From contig DIGF01000033.1 of NCBI GenBank assembly GCA_002419505.1, positions 12,564 to 76,563 of the forward strand: a DNA stretch of 64,000 nt, in the 5' to 3' direction. The notes below the pieces were generated by a model. The model did no database searches. It had not been told where the DNA came from and saw only the letters and a list, made by a program, of their open reading frames with translations. This document shows, in pieces, positions 56,259 to 64,000 of this stretch (position 1 is its first letter; every line of letters starts with the position of its first letter). This DNA comes from Bacillales bacterium UBA5729 (GTDB lineage: Bacteria > Bacillota_I > Bacilli_A > Izemoplasmatales > Hujiaoplasmataceae). The position numbers were made by a program, and so were the translations under genes.

Positions 56259-58202
56259 ATGAAAAGATTTATAGCGATGATTTTTATAGTAGTATCAGCG
56301 TTAGTTTTTATTTCATGTAACGGTAGTCCCCAAGAATTAGTTGAACCTGATGGCAATAATGTAGGAGCTTTTGTTTCTTACCAACAATTAGGTGATTATT
56401 TAAAGAAATTCTACCAAGAAAGTTCAGGAAGATATTTTTCTAACGAAGCTATTATGGGTATGCCTGAAGCAAGCGCTCAAGATGACGGCGTAAACTTTGA
56501 TTCCGGCGATAGAGATTACTCTAAAACCAACAACCAAACTGACGGTGTCGAAGAAGCCGATACAATTTTGACGGACGGATATTATATTTATATCACTTCC
56601 GGCAATCGCTTTTTAATCTTCGATGCTGTAACTTTAGAAATAGTTTATCAGTATGAAGCGCAAGAAATATACTTTGAAGGTTTATATTTATATCAAGATC
56701 GGATAGTTTTGATTGGATCTTATTACACATATATGCTTCTTGAACAGCCAAATGATGATACTATAGAAAGTGAAGAAGGAGAAGTTTTTCCTTATTACTA
56801 CGACTACTATTACTATAGCTATAATTACGGAGCGAAAATTATTGTTCTAGATAAAAGCGATATGGAAAATATCGAAGTTGCTCGAGAACTAGTTTTTGAT
56901 TCGTCATATATCACCAGTTCAAGAATGGTTGACGGCAATCTATACTTAGTTATGAATAACTACACCATCAGTTATTATTTTAACGATGATAATTTTATTC
57001 CTAAATATATGGATTCTGTAAAAAGTTCCAGTTTAGAAAACTTCGAAGCTGACCAAATTTATTTTATGCCAAATGATAGCGAAAACTTTTCTTACTTAAT
57101 TCTTGCTTCATTTGATGTAACTGACGATGAAGAAGCTGATGTTAAAGCTTATCTAGGAAGCAGTTACCAAATCTATATGAGCGCTAATAACTTATATACC
57201 ACTGTATACAAATACCATTATGATTATGAAGCACAAATTTATAGTCACAGCACTTTTATTTTAAGATTCTCAATCGATGAAGGTCAATTGAACTATCAAG
57301 CATTTGCCCAAATAAAGGGATCTCCGTTAAATCAATTTTCAATGGATGAATACGAAGGAGTCTTTAGAATTGCAGTAACCGACTATGAATTTTCTCAATC
57401 AGGAACGATTACAAATAATAAAATCTATTTACTTGATTCAACAACTGATGAAGAAATGGAACTTATATCAGAATTAGGCGGACTAGGAAAACCTGGAGAA
57501 AGAATCTATGCAGTTAGATACATTAATGAAATTGCTTATGTAGTTACTTTTGTTAATACTGACCCACTTTATAAACTGGATTTATCTGATCCAAAAAACC
57601 CAGAAGTCTTAGGCGAACTATACGAAGAAGGAGTTAGTGATTATTTGCATCCAATAACTGACAACTTAATGATTGGTATTGGACGTCAAGCGGAAACAAA
57701 CGAATATGGTTGGACTAATTTTGTCGGAGTAAAAATAGCTTTATATGATACATCAGAAGACGAAGTAGTTAACCTCGAAACCTATTTAGTTGAAGGCGAA
57801 TACTCTTATTCAGCAGTAACCTATAGCCATAAAGCTTTTGTTTATTTTGCTCCTCAAGGAGAAGAGTTTACTTATATAGCCGTACCAGTATCAATTTACT
57901 ACAATAACTACTATCGTTATTCCCAAAAAATGTTTGTCTTTAAAGTTCACTATAGTGGCGATCTAGAATTAGTTGCTCAACTTGAACATTTCAATAGCGA
58001 AAGTTCACATTTTGATTCAATTGAAAAAGCAGTAATGATTGAAAATTATATCTATACCCTATCATATTCCCAAATTCAAGTATTTGATATGAACAATAAT
58101 TTTGAGTTTGTCGATAGTGTTGTTTTCAATCAAATGTATTACAGCATCTATGATTACACTGAAGTACCAATAGGTTCAACTGAAACCCGCTCAGATGAAT
58201 AA
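56259..58202 (+). CDS. secreted/lipoprotein with a beta-propeller domain (COG4880 / Beta_propel family)
   Basis: AGGAGG lies 6 nt upstream of ATG 56259. Lipobox FISCNG. VRYINEIAYVVTFVNTDPLYKLDLSDPKNPEVLGELYEEGVSDYLHPI matches the family signature. Confidence 0.8.
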   Translation: MKRFIAMIFIVVSALVFISCNGSPQELVEPDGNNVGAFVSYQQLGDYLKKFYQESSGRYFSNEAIMGMPEASAQDDGVNFDSGDRDYSKTNNQTDGVEEADTILTDGYYIYITSGNRFLIFDAVTLEIVYQYEAQEIYFEGLYLYQDRIVLIGSYYTYMLLEQPNDDTIESEEGEVFPYYYDYYYYSYNYGAKIIVLDKSDMENIEVARELVFDSSYITSSRMVDGNLYLVMNNYTISYYFNDDNFIPKYMDSVKSSSLENFEADQIYFMPNDSENFSYLILASFDVTDDEEADVKAYLGSSYQIYMSANNLYTTVYKYHYDYEAQIYSHSTFILRFSIDEGQLNYQAFAQIKGSPLNQFSMDEYEGVFRIAVTDYEFSQSGTITNNKIYLLDSTTDEEMELISELGGLGKPGERIYAVRYINEIAYVVTFVNTDPLYKLDLSDPKNPEVLGELYEEGVSDYLHPITDNLMIGIGRQAETNEYGWTNFVGVKIALYDTSEDEVVNLETYLVEGEYSYSAVTYSHKAFVYFAPQGEEFTYIAVPVSIYYNNYYRYSQKMFVFKVHYSGDLELVAQLEHFNSESSHFDSIEKAVMIENYIYTLSYSQIQVFDMNNNFEFVDSVVFNQMYYSIYDYTEVPIGSTETRSDE

Positions 58203-58223
58203 TAAATTACGTTCTTAAATAAT

Positions 58224-58272
58224 AAAATGCTAACAGCGAAGCTATAATTATCACACTGTTAGCATTTTTTTT
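58224..58272 (+). terminator. intrinsic terminator
   Basis: 13-bp stem aaaatgctaacag/ctgttagcatttt with a 19-nt loop, then a T-run to 58272. Confidence 0.8.
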
Positions 58273-58333
58273 GCAAAATGCGCGAAAAATTCTTCAATCT
58301 ATAGTAAACTAATAGTGTATGGAGGTTGATAAA

Positions 58334-59068
58334 TTGAATTCGATAATAACTTCAAGTCAAAACAACTTAATTAAAGAAACGATTAAACTCAAACAGAAGA
58401 AATATCGACTCAAAGAAAACGCCTTTTTAGTAGAGGGTTTTCATCTTGTCGAAGAAGCTCATGTTTCGGGAGTATTAAAACAAGTTTTCTATTTAGAAAA
58501 TAATCCTTTCACTGATATCAATGCTTTTCAAGTAACGGAAACAGTAATGAAGAAACTATCTGATTTAACCAGCCCTCCAGGGATTATCGGCGTTTGCCTA
58601 ATACTCGAGAAAACGACTTTAACAGATAAAATTTTGCTGATGGATAATGTCCAAGACCCGGGAAATATCGGAACATTAATCCGCTCAGCAGTTGCCTTTG
58701 GGTTTAAAACTGTCTTAGCTGAAAACAGCGTAGATTTTTATAACGAAAAAGTGATTAGAAGTTCTCAAGGAGCGATTTTTAAACTGTCGTTAATCAATGC
58801 AAACTTAACTGATTTCATTAAAGAAAACCAAGATTATTTATATTTAGCGACGGATTTAAATGCTGAGAGAAGTTTATCAGAATTATCGATAAACAACAAA
58901 AATAAAATTGCTTTAATTCTTGGCAATGAAGGCCAAGGAGTAAGTGAAACCATCTTGACTTTAGTCAAAACTAGAATTAAAATTAAGATGGAAGATATGG
59001 AATCTTTGAATGTTGCAGTTGCTGGCAGCATCATTATGTACGATATTAATAGAAGGAGTGAAAAGTAA
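58334..59068 (+). CDS. TrmH/SpoU-family RNA 2'-O-methyltransferase
   Basis: VQDPGNIGTLIRSA, LILGNEGQGVS and LNVAVAGSI motifs. GGAGG lies 8 nt upstream of TTG 58334. The alternative start is ATG 58319. Confidence 0.85.
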   Translation: MNSIITSSQNNLIKETIKLKQKKYRLKENAFLVEGFHLVEEAHVSGVLKQVFYLENNPFTDINAFQVTETVMKKLSDLTSPPGIIGVCLILEKTTLTDKILLMDNVQDPGNIGTLIRSAVAFGFKTVLAENSVDFYNEKVIRSSQGAIFKLSLINANLTDFIKENQDYLYLATDLNAERSLSELSINNKNKIALILGNEGQGVSETILTLVKTRIKIKMEDMESLNVAVAGSIIMYDINRRSEK

Positions 59069-59358
59069 TGGAATATATTTATGAAGAAAACCGGATTTAT
59101 TCAAAAAAAGCTGACGGTTTATTATTGGCAGAAGTAACTTTTCCTGCTCGTGATGACAAAAGAGTGGATGTTGATCATGTTTATGTCGATCAAAGCCTTA
59201 GAGGACAAGGGATTGCCTCAGAATTAATGTTAATCGCCTATGAGTATATTAAGGAGAAAAATTTAAAAATTGTTGCCAAATGTCCCTATGCGATTAGTTG
59301 GTTTAAAAAACATGAGGAATATCAAGATATCGTTATTAACGTAAAGACGAGAAAATAG
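59068..59358 (+). CDS. small GNAT-like protein (YjdJ / Acetyltransf_CG family)
   Basis: 96 aa with VDQSLRGQGIASELM...KCPYA. Confidence 0.75.
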   Translation: MEYIYEENRIYSKKADGLLLAEVTFPARDDKRVDVDHVYVDQSLRGQGIASELMLIAYEYIKEKNLKIVAKCPYAISWFKKHEEYQDIVINVKTRK

Positions 59359-59367
59359 ATATTTTTC

Positions 59368-59396
59368 TTGAACTTATAACTGCTTTATGTTATAAT
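59368..59396 (+). promoter_or_regulatory. sigma-A promoter (extended -10) of the rimP-nusA-infB operon
   Basis: TTGAAC (59368-73), a 17-nt spacer, then TGtTATAAT (59388-96). Confidence 0.7.
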
Positions 59397-59417
59397 ATTT
59401 TTGCATAAGAATTAAGT

Positions 59418-59441
59418 GAGAGGGTCGTCCCCTCTCTTTTT
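59418..59441 (+). terminator. leader terminator/attenuator hairpin between the promoter and rimP
   Basis: gagaggg-tcgtc-ccctctc (59418-24 / 59430-36) followed by ttttt (59437-41). It lies about 20 nt upstream of the rimP start. Confidence 0.6.
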
Positions 59442-59460
59442 AATGAAAGGAATGGGGATT

Positions 59461-59895
59461 ATGGATTTAGACAAATTAAAAACGGATTTAATAGATTTTC
59501 TTAAAGACACAGCTTACGATTTATATGATCTTGAATTTATCAGGAACAAAAAAGAAACGATTTTAAGAATTTACATTGATAAACTAGATCCAATAACAAT
59601 TGAAGATTGTGTAGAAGCAACCAAATTGTTAAATCCCTATCTCGATGAGCTTGACCCTATTGAACATGAGTATATACTAGAAGTTAGTTCACCTGGGGCA
59701 GAAAAAGAATTAAAAACTGCAGCTGCGATTGAAAGAGCTGTCGGTAAAAATGTTTATATTGAAACTTATGAACAAAAGTTAACCGGCAAGTTAGTTTCAT
59801 TCAATGGTGAATATTTAGTTTTACAGATCAAAAGCAAAACAATAAAAATAGATTATATTGATGTCAACTTAATCAGATTGGCAATTATATTTTAG
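59461..59895 (+). CDS. rimP: ribosome maturation factor RimP
   Basis: LEVSSPGAEKEL motif and position upstream of nusA. The GTG 59416 start of the ORF track would run through the leader hairpin. Confidence 0.88.
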   Translation: MDLDKLKTDLIDFLKDTAYDLYDLEFIRNKKETILRIYIDKLDPITIEDCVEATKLLNPYLDELDPIEHEYILEVSSPGAEKELKTAAAIERAVGKNVYIETYEQKLTGKLVSFNGEYLVLQIKSKTIKIDYIDVNLIRLAIIF

Positions 59896-59904
59896 GAGAA
59901 AAAA

Positions 59905-60969
59905 ATGACTAGTAAAGAATTTTTTAAAGCTTTAGAAGTTTTATCAGAAGAAAGAGACATTCCGAAAGAAAAGATTTTGGAAGTATTTGGTAAGGGATTA
60001 ATCAACGCTTATAAGAAAGCCTACAACGGTAAACAGAACGCTGAGGTTGTTTTCAATGAAGAAAGAGCAGAGATTACTCTTGTTGCTAAATCTTTAGTTG
60101 TTGCTGAAATCGATCCAGAAGCTGATCCTGGCACACAGATGACTTTAGCAGAAGCTAGAGAAATTAAGAAAACCGCAAAAATAGGCGATATAATGGAAGA
60201 AAAAATCACACCTAAAAACTTCGGTAGATTAGCGGCTTCAACTGCTAAACAGATGTTGACGCAAGGATTAAAACAACTTGAAAGAGAAAGAAACTTAGAA
60301 TATTTCACTGATAAAGTGGGAGAAATGATTAGTGCAGAACTCATACAAATCAATGATGAGTTTGTTACTTTATATTTAGGAAAAGACACTGAAACATCAA
60401 TTCCTGCTCGCGATCTTTTGCCAAGCGATTTATTCTTAGGAAATCGAATCAGCGTTTATATAACTAAAGTCGAAGAAACTACTAAAGGTCCTAAAGTATA
60501 TGTTTCAAGAACCGATCGTAATTTGGTTAAGCGTTTAATGGAAAACTCAATTCCTGAATTAAAAGAAGGCGTTATCGAAATTGTTGGTTTAGCTAGAGAT
60601 CCTGGAGATAGATGCAAGGTCTGCGTCATGAGCAATAATCCGGATGTTGATCCTGTAGGAGCGTGTTTAGGGAGAAACGGAATCAGAATTAAAAATGTTA
60701 TTGACGCTTTAAACGGTGAGAAAATTGATATTTATAAATATAGTGAAGAACCGAAAGAGTTAGTTTCCAATTCAATTCAACCAGCGAAAACTATTGCGGT
60801 TATTATCGATGTTAAAGATAAATCAGCTTTAGCAATTGTTCCAGATGATCAACTATCATTAGCCATTGGAAAAAAAGGGCAAAATGCTAGATTAGCAGTT
60901 CAATCATGTGGCTGGAAAATAGATATTAAACCGGAAACTGAAGCACTAGAACAAGGCTACAAGTTTTAA
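59905..60969 (+). CDS. nusA: transcription termination/antitermination factor NusA
   Basis: Layout is N-terminal domain, S1, KH1, KH2. GACLGRNGIRIKNV and AIGKKGQNARLA KH motifs. Confidence 0.95.
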   Translation: MTSKEFFKALEVLSEERDIPKEKILEVFGKGLINAYKKAYNGKQNAEVVFNEERAEITLVAKSLVVAEIDPEADPGTQMTLAEAREIKKTAKIGDIMEEKITPKNFGRLAASTAKQMLTQGLKQLERERNLEYFTDKVGEMISAELIQINDEFVTLYLGKDTETSIPARDLLPSDLFLGNRISVYITKVEETTKGPKVYVSRTDRNLVKRLMENSIPELKEGVIEIVGLARDPGDRCKVCVMSNNPDVDPVGACLGRNGIRIKNVIDALNGEKIDIYKYSEEPKELVSNSIQPAKTIAVIIDVKDKSALAIVPDDQLSLAIGKKGQNARLAVQSCGWKIDIKPETEALEQGYKF

Positions 60970-60981
60970 TAGGTGCTTAAA

Positions 60982-61248
60982 ATGAAGCCAAGAAAGATTC
61001 CTATGCGCAAATGCGTAGTGACACAAGAGCGTTTTGAAAAAAAACAACTCTTACGTGTAGTCAGAACTCCTGAAGGCGAAGTGATTTACGACAAAACCGG
61101 AAAAGCTAATGGTCGGGGAGTTTATTTATCAAAATCAGTGGAAGTAATTGAAAAAGCTAGAAAAACAGACATACTAAAAAAACATTTGGAGGCTCCTATT
61201 CCTGAAGTAATCTATGAGGATTTACTGAAGGCGGTTAAGGATGAGTAA
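60982..61248 (+). CDS. ylxR: YlxR/RnpM family (DUF448) RNA-binding protein
   Basis: PMRKCVVTQERFEKKQLLRVV..GRGVYL. AGGTG lies 6 nt upstream of ATG 60982. Confidence 0.9.
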   Translation: MKPRKIPMRKCVVTQERFEKKQLLRVVRTPEGEVIYDKTGKANGRGVYLSKSVEVIEKARKTDILKKHLEAPIPEVIYEDLLKAVKDE

Positions 61249-61543
61249 AGATCTAATTTTACAAATGCTAGGTCTATGTCAAAGAGCTAGAAAACTAGTT
61301 TCTGGAGAAACATTTGTTTTAGAAAAAATAAAAAGTAATGAAGCGAAAATTGTATTTCTAGCAAGTGATGCTGGATTAAATACGACTAAGCGAACAACAG
61401 ATAAATGTGAGTTCTATCATGTGGAAATAATTAACAGTTTTAATACTGAAGAATTAAGTCAGGCAATCGGAAAAAGCAACCGCAAAGTAATTGCTGTAAC
61501 TGATAGGGGTTTTGCGGAAAAGATAAGACATTATAATATATAA
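61241..61543 (+). CDS. ylxQ: L7Ae-family RNA-binding protein YlxQ
   Basis: LGLCQRARKLVSGE...KIVFLASDAG pattern and the conserved position between ylxR and infB. Confidence 0.88.
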   Translation: MSKDLILQMLGLCQRARKLVSGETFVLEKIKSNEAKIVFLASDAGLNTTKRTTDKCEFYHVEIINSFNTEELSQAIGKSNRKVIAVTDRGFAEKIRHYNI

Positions 61544-61558
61544 AGAAGAGGTGGTTAT

Positions 61559-63406
61559 ATGTCAAAATACATTGCCAAAAAGAAATTTAATAAAAATAGG
61601 GAAGATTATGTTGAAAAGGATGCCAACCTTATCAACAAGAAAAAAAAGAACGAAAGCCAAGTAAAAGCCAGTGTAGCTTATAAAGCGGGAATGACAGTTT
61701 TAGAACTATCCGAGCAATTACAAAAACCAATAACAGAAGTTATTAAAAAACTGATGTTCATGAGGGTTATGGCTACTCAAAACCAAGAAATCTCCCGTGA
61801 TAACGCAGAATTATTAGCTTTGGAGTTCAACGTTGAGTTCAAAGATGAAGTTGTTACCGACGTCACTAGATTTGATGAAATGGAAGATATTGACGATCCT
61901 AAGGATTTAGTTAACAGACCGCCTGTCGTAACAATCATGGGTCATGTTGACCACGGTAAAACAACGCTTTTAGATAATATTAGAAATGCAAGGGTAGTAG
62001 ATTCTGAAGCTGGAGGAATTACCCAACACATCGGAGCTTATCAAGTAGAAAAAAACGGTCAAAAAATTACTTTTATCGACACCCCAGGACATGCTGCTTT
62101 TACAGAAATGAGAGCACGTGGAGCGAGAATTACCGATATTGTAGTTTTAGTAGTTGCTGCTGATGATGGAGTAATGCCACAAACAAGAGAAGCAATCGAC
62201 CATGCAAAAGCATCTAAGTGTTCAATCATAGTCGCTGTCAATAAAATGGATAAACCAGGAGCTAATCCTGATCGAGTTAAACAAGAATTAGCTGATTTAA
62301 ACCTTCTGCCCGATGACTGGGGCGGTGAAACTCCATACTGTTTAATCTCAGCACTTAAAGGAACGGGAATCGATAATTTGCTCGACACGATTCAATTAGT
62401 TGCCGAAATGCTAGAACTTAAAGCTAATCCTAAGAAAAATGCTGTTGGTACAGTTATTGAAGCAAAACTTGATAAAGGTCGAGGTCCAGTCGCAACGATC
62501 TTAATCGATAACGGAACCCTTAAAATATCAGATAGCTTTGTTGTTGGTTCAACTTATGGAAAAGTTAGAGCGATGACTGACGATATCGGCAGACAAATTT
62601 CTCAAGCCTTACCAGGACAAGCAGTGGAAATTATTGGTCTGGCAGAAGTTCCAAGTGCCGGAGATCCTTTTAAAGTCTTTGAAGACGAAAAAATGGTTAA
62701 GGACATTGCTTCTGAAAGATCACAAAGAGATTTTGATAAACAACATTCAAATAAACAAAATATGAGTTTAGAAGATTTCTTCAATCGCGCTGAAGGTAAA
62801 TTGAAAGAATTAAAACTGATTATTAAAGCCGATGTTCAAGGTTCTATCGAAGCTTTTAGAGGTTCGATAAACAAAATAGTTGTTGATGGAACTTCAATTG
62901 ATATTGTTAGAACGGGTGTAGGTGCTGTAACTGATACTGATGTCTTGTTAGCCGAAGCTTCAGAAGCGATTATTATCGGCTTTGGCGTTGGTATTCCAAG
63001 TACAGTAAGAGAATTAGCATCTGAGAAAAATGTTGAAATCAGAACTTATCGGGTAATTTATGAAGCTTTGGATGATATCGAAGCAGCTATGAAAGGCATG
63101 TTAGATCCAGTCTTTGAGCAACAAGTAATCGGAGAAGCTGAAGTTCGAGAAACATATAACGTTTCCAAAATCGGAACTATTGCTGGTTGTATGGTAACTA
63201 ATGGTTTAGTTAAGAGAAATTCAATTATTAAATTAGTTCGAGATGGAAAAGTAATTTTCGAAGGCAAACTCGGTTCATTGAAACGTTTTAAAGACGATGT
63301 AAAAGAAGTTAAACAAGGTTTTGACTGCGGTCTAACAATTGATAATTATAATGATTTGAAAATAGGCGATATTATCGAAGTCTATCAAATGAAAGAGGTG
63401 GAATAA
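61559..63406 (+). CDS. infB: translation initiation factor IF-2 (short N-terminal region)
   Basis: [17 protein letters not shown] and NKMD GTPase motifs. GAGGTGG RBS. Confidence 0.95.
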   Translation: MSKYIAKKKFNKNREDYVEKDANLINKKKKNESQVKASVAYKAGMTVLELSEQLQKPITEVIKKLMFMRVMATQNQEISRDNAELLALEFNVEFKDEVVTDVTRFDEMEDIDDPKDLVNRPPVVTIMGHVDHGKTTLLDNIRNARVVDSEAGGITQHIGAYQVEKNGQKITFIDTPGHAAFTEMRARGARITDIVVLVVAADDGVMPQTREAIDHAKASKCSIIVAVNKMDKPGANPDRVKQELADLNLLPDDWGGETPYCLISALKGTGIDNLLDTIQLVAEMLELKANPKKNAVGTVIEAKLDKGRGPVATILIDNGTLKISDSFVVGSTYGKVRAMTDDIGRQISQALPGQAVEIIGLAEVPSAGDPFKVFEDEKMVKDIASERSQRDFDKQHSNKQNMSLEDFFNRAEGKLKELKLIIKADVQGSIEAFRGSINKIVVDGTSIDIVRTGVGAVTDTDVLLAEASEAIIIGFGVGIPSTVRELASEKNVEIRTYRVIYEALDDIEAAMKGMLDPVFEQQVIGEAEVRETYNVSKIGTIAGCMVTNGLVKRNSIIKLVRDGKVIFEGKLGSLKRFKDDVKEVKQGFDCGLTIDNYNDLKIGDIIEVYQMKEVE

Positions 63407-63736
63407 ATGGCAAGAATTAGTCATTTAGAGACTGATGTTCAAAGAGTAGTATCGGATATCATTCTTAAAGAAGTTAAAGACGATTTAGGTTTTATCACAA
63501 TTACTGGTGTTAAAATTACCAACGAATTATCATATATGTATGTTTATTACACAGTAATGGGAGAAAATGAAGATTTAGAAAATACTGCTAAAGCTTTAGA
63601 AAGAGCTAATGGTTTTATAAAAAATCAAATAGTTCAAAGAGTAAAAATGCGTAAAGTTCCAGTCTTGATTTTTAAGTATGATGAATCATATAACAAAGGT
63701 AGAAAAGTAGAAGATTTAATCAAAACAATTAAGTAA
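63407..63736 (+). CDS. rbfA: ribosome-binding factor A
   Basis: About 109 aa, with ITGVKITNELSYMYVYY and the conserved position after infB. Confidence 0.9.
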   Translation: MARISHLETDVQRVVSDIILKEVKDDLGFITITGVKITNELSYMYVYYTVMGENEDLENTAKALERANGFIKNQIVQRVKMRKVPVLIFKYDESYNKGRKVEDLIKTIK

Positions 63737-63740
63737 TTAC

Positions 63741-63775
63741 AAAAACTGTGAGATAAAAAATCTCGCAGTTTTTCT
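63741..63775 (+). terminator. intrinsic terminator of the nusA-infB operon
   Basis: ctgtgaga-taaaaaa-tctcgcag followed by tttttc. Confidence 0.85.
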
Positions 63776-63780
63776 TTTAA

Positions 63781-63809
63781 TTGCAAGTACTACTAGTTTT
63801 TGATATAAT
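63781..63809 (+). promoter_or_regulatory. sigma-A promoter (extended -10) for uvrC
   Basis: TTGCAA (63781-86), a 17-nt spacer, then TGaTATAAT (63801-09). Confidence 0.6.
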
Positions 63810-63818
63810 TTGTATGAT

Positions 63819-64000
63819 ATGAATGAAAAAATCAAAGAAAAGTTAATTAAGTTACCTGAAAGAACAGGAACTTACCAAATGCTTGATAAAAGCGGTAAAA
63901 TAATCTATGTTGGCAAAGCCAAGAACTTAAAGAAGCGTATAAGTTCTTATTTTGTTGGCGCTCATGATGATAAAACAACGCGTTTAGTCAGTGATGTTGA
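63819..64000 (+). CDS. uvrC: excinuclease ABC subunit C, N-terminal GIY-YIG part (3'-truncated by window)
   Basis: The translation [45 protein letters not shown] is the typical UvrC GIY-YIG start. The frame is open to the window end. Confidence 0.85.
   Translation, partial: MNEKIKEKLIKLPERTGTYQMLDKSGKIIYVGKAKNLKKRISSYFVGAHDDKTTRLVSDV

Noticed and set aside
1-64000. Mycoplasma-type TGA=Trp recoding, CRISPR arrays, tRNA/rRNA genes, and IS elements, integrases or prophage borders.
   Set aside because: Long, family-consistent ORFs end at TGA (e.g. 7159, 32744), so the standard code applies. I saw no regularly spaced direct repeats, no cloverleaf-like or rRNA-like G+C-rich islands, and no transposase or recombinase motifs. 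This check was by eye only and is not exhaustive.

Overview
This is an AT-rich segment (roughly one-third G+C by eye, not computed) that uses the standard genetic code, since TGA acts as a stop. It is almost entirely coding and mostly on the + strand. Gene content and order, such as sufCDSUB and rimP-nusA-ylxR-ylxQ-infB-rbfA, point to a low-GC Gram-positive or Mollicutes-type chromosome. Acholeplasma-like is only my guess. From left to right the window holds: (1) the last 7.1 kb of a giant GLUG-repeat/LTD surface protein, tightly linked to two membrane GGDEF-EAL proteins; (2) convergent glycerate kinase and TetR genes; (3) a 12-kb operon divergent from TetR, encoding thiolase, SDR, a KASIII-like enzyme, livHMGF plus a binding lipoprotein, a CoA-transferase and two alpha/beta hydrolases; (4) a strong terminator, a promoter and a c-di-GMP-I (GEMM-I) riboswitch leading a locus with three TasA/camelysin-like secreted proteins, two SipW-type (ER/archaeal-type) signal peptidases, a membrane-anchored McrB-like AAA+ protein with a coiled-coil partner, and a translationally coupled MBL hydrolase; (5) housekeeping genes: PFOR, a giant PrsA-like lipoprotein, CDF, MgtC, sufCDSUB, darA/pstA, a PucR-type HTH, an msmK-like ATPase, pgk-tpiA, rpsD, GAF/fRMsr, thiI, a GNAT, pepF, a beta-propeller lipoprotein, a TrmH-family methylase, the nusA-infB operon and the start of uvrC. 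Block (4) is my main candidate for an undescribed system. I saw no rRNA, tRNA, CRISPR array, transposase or integrase. All calls come from reading motifs by eye. No database search or RNA folding was run.
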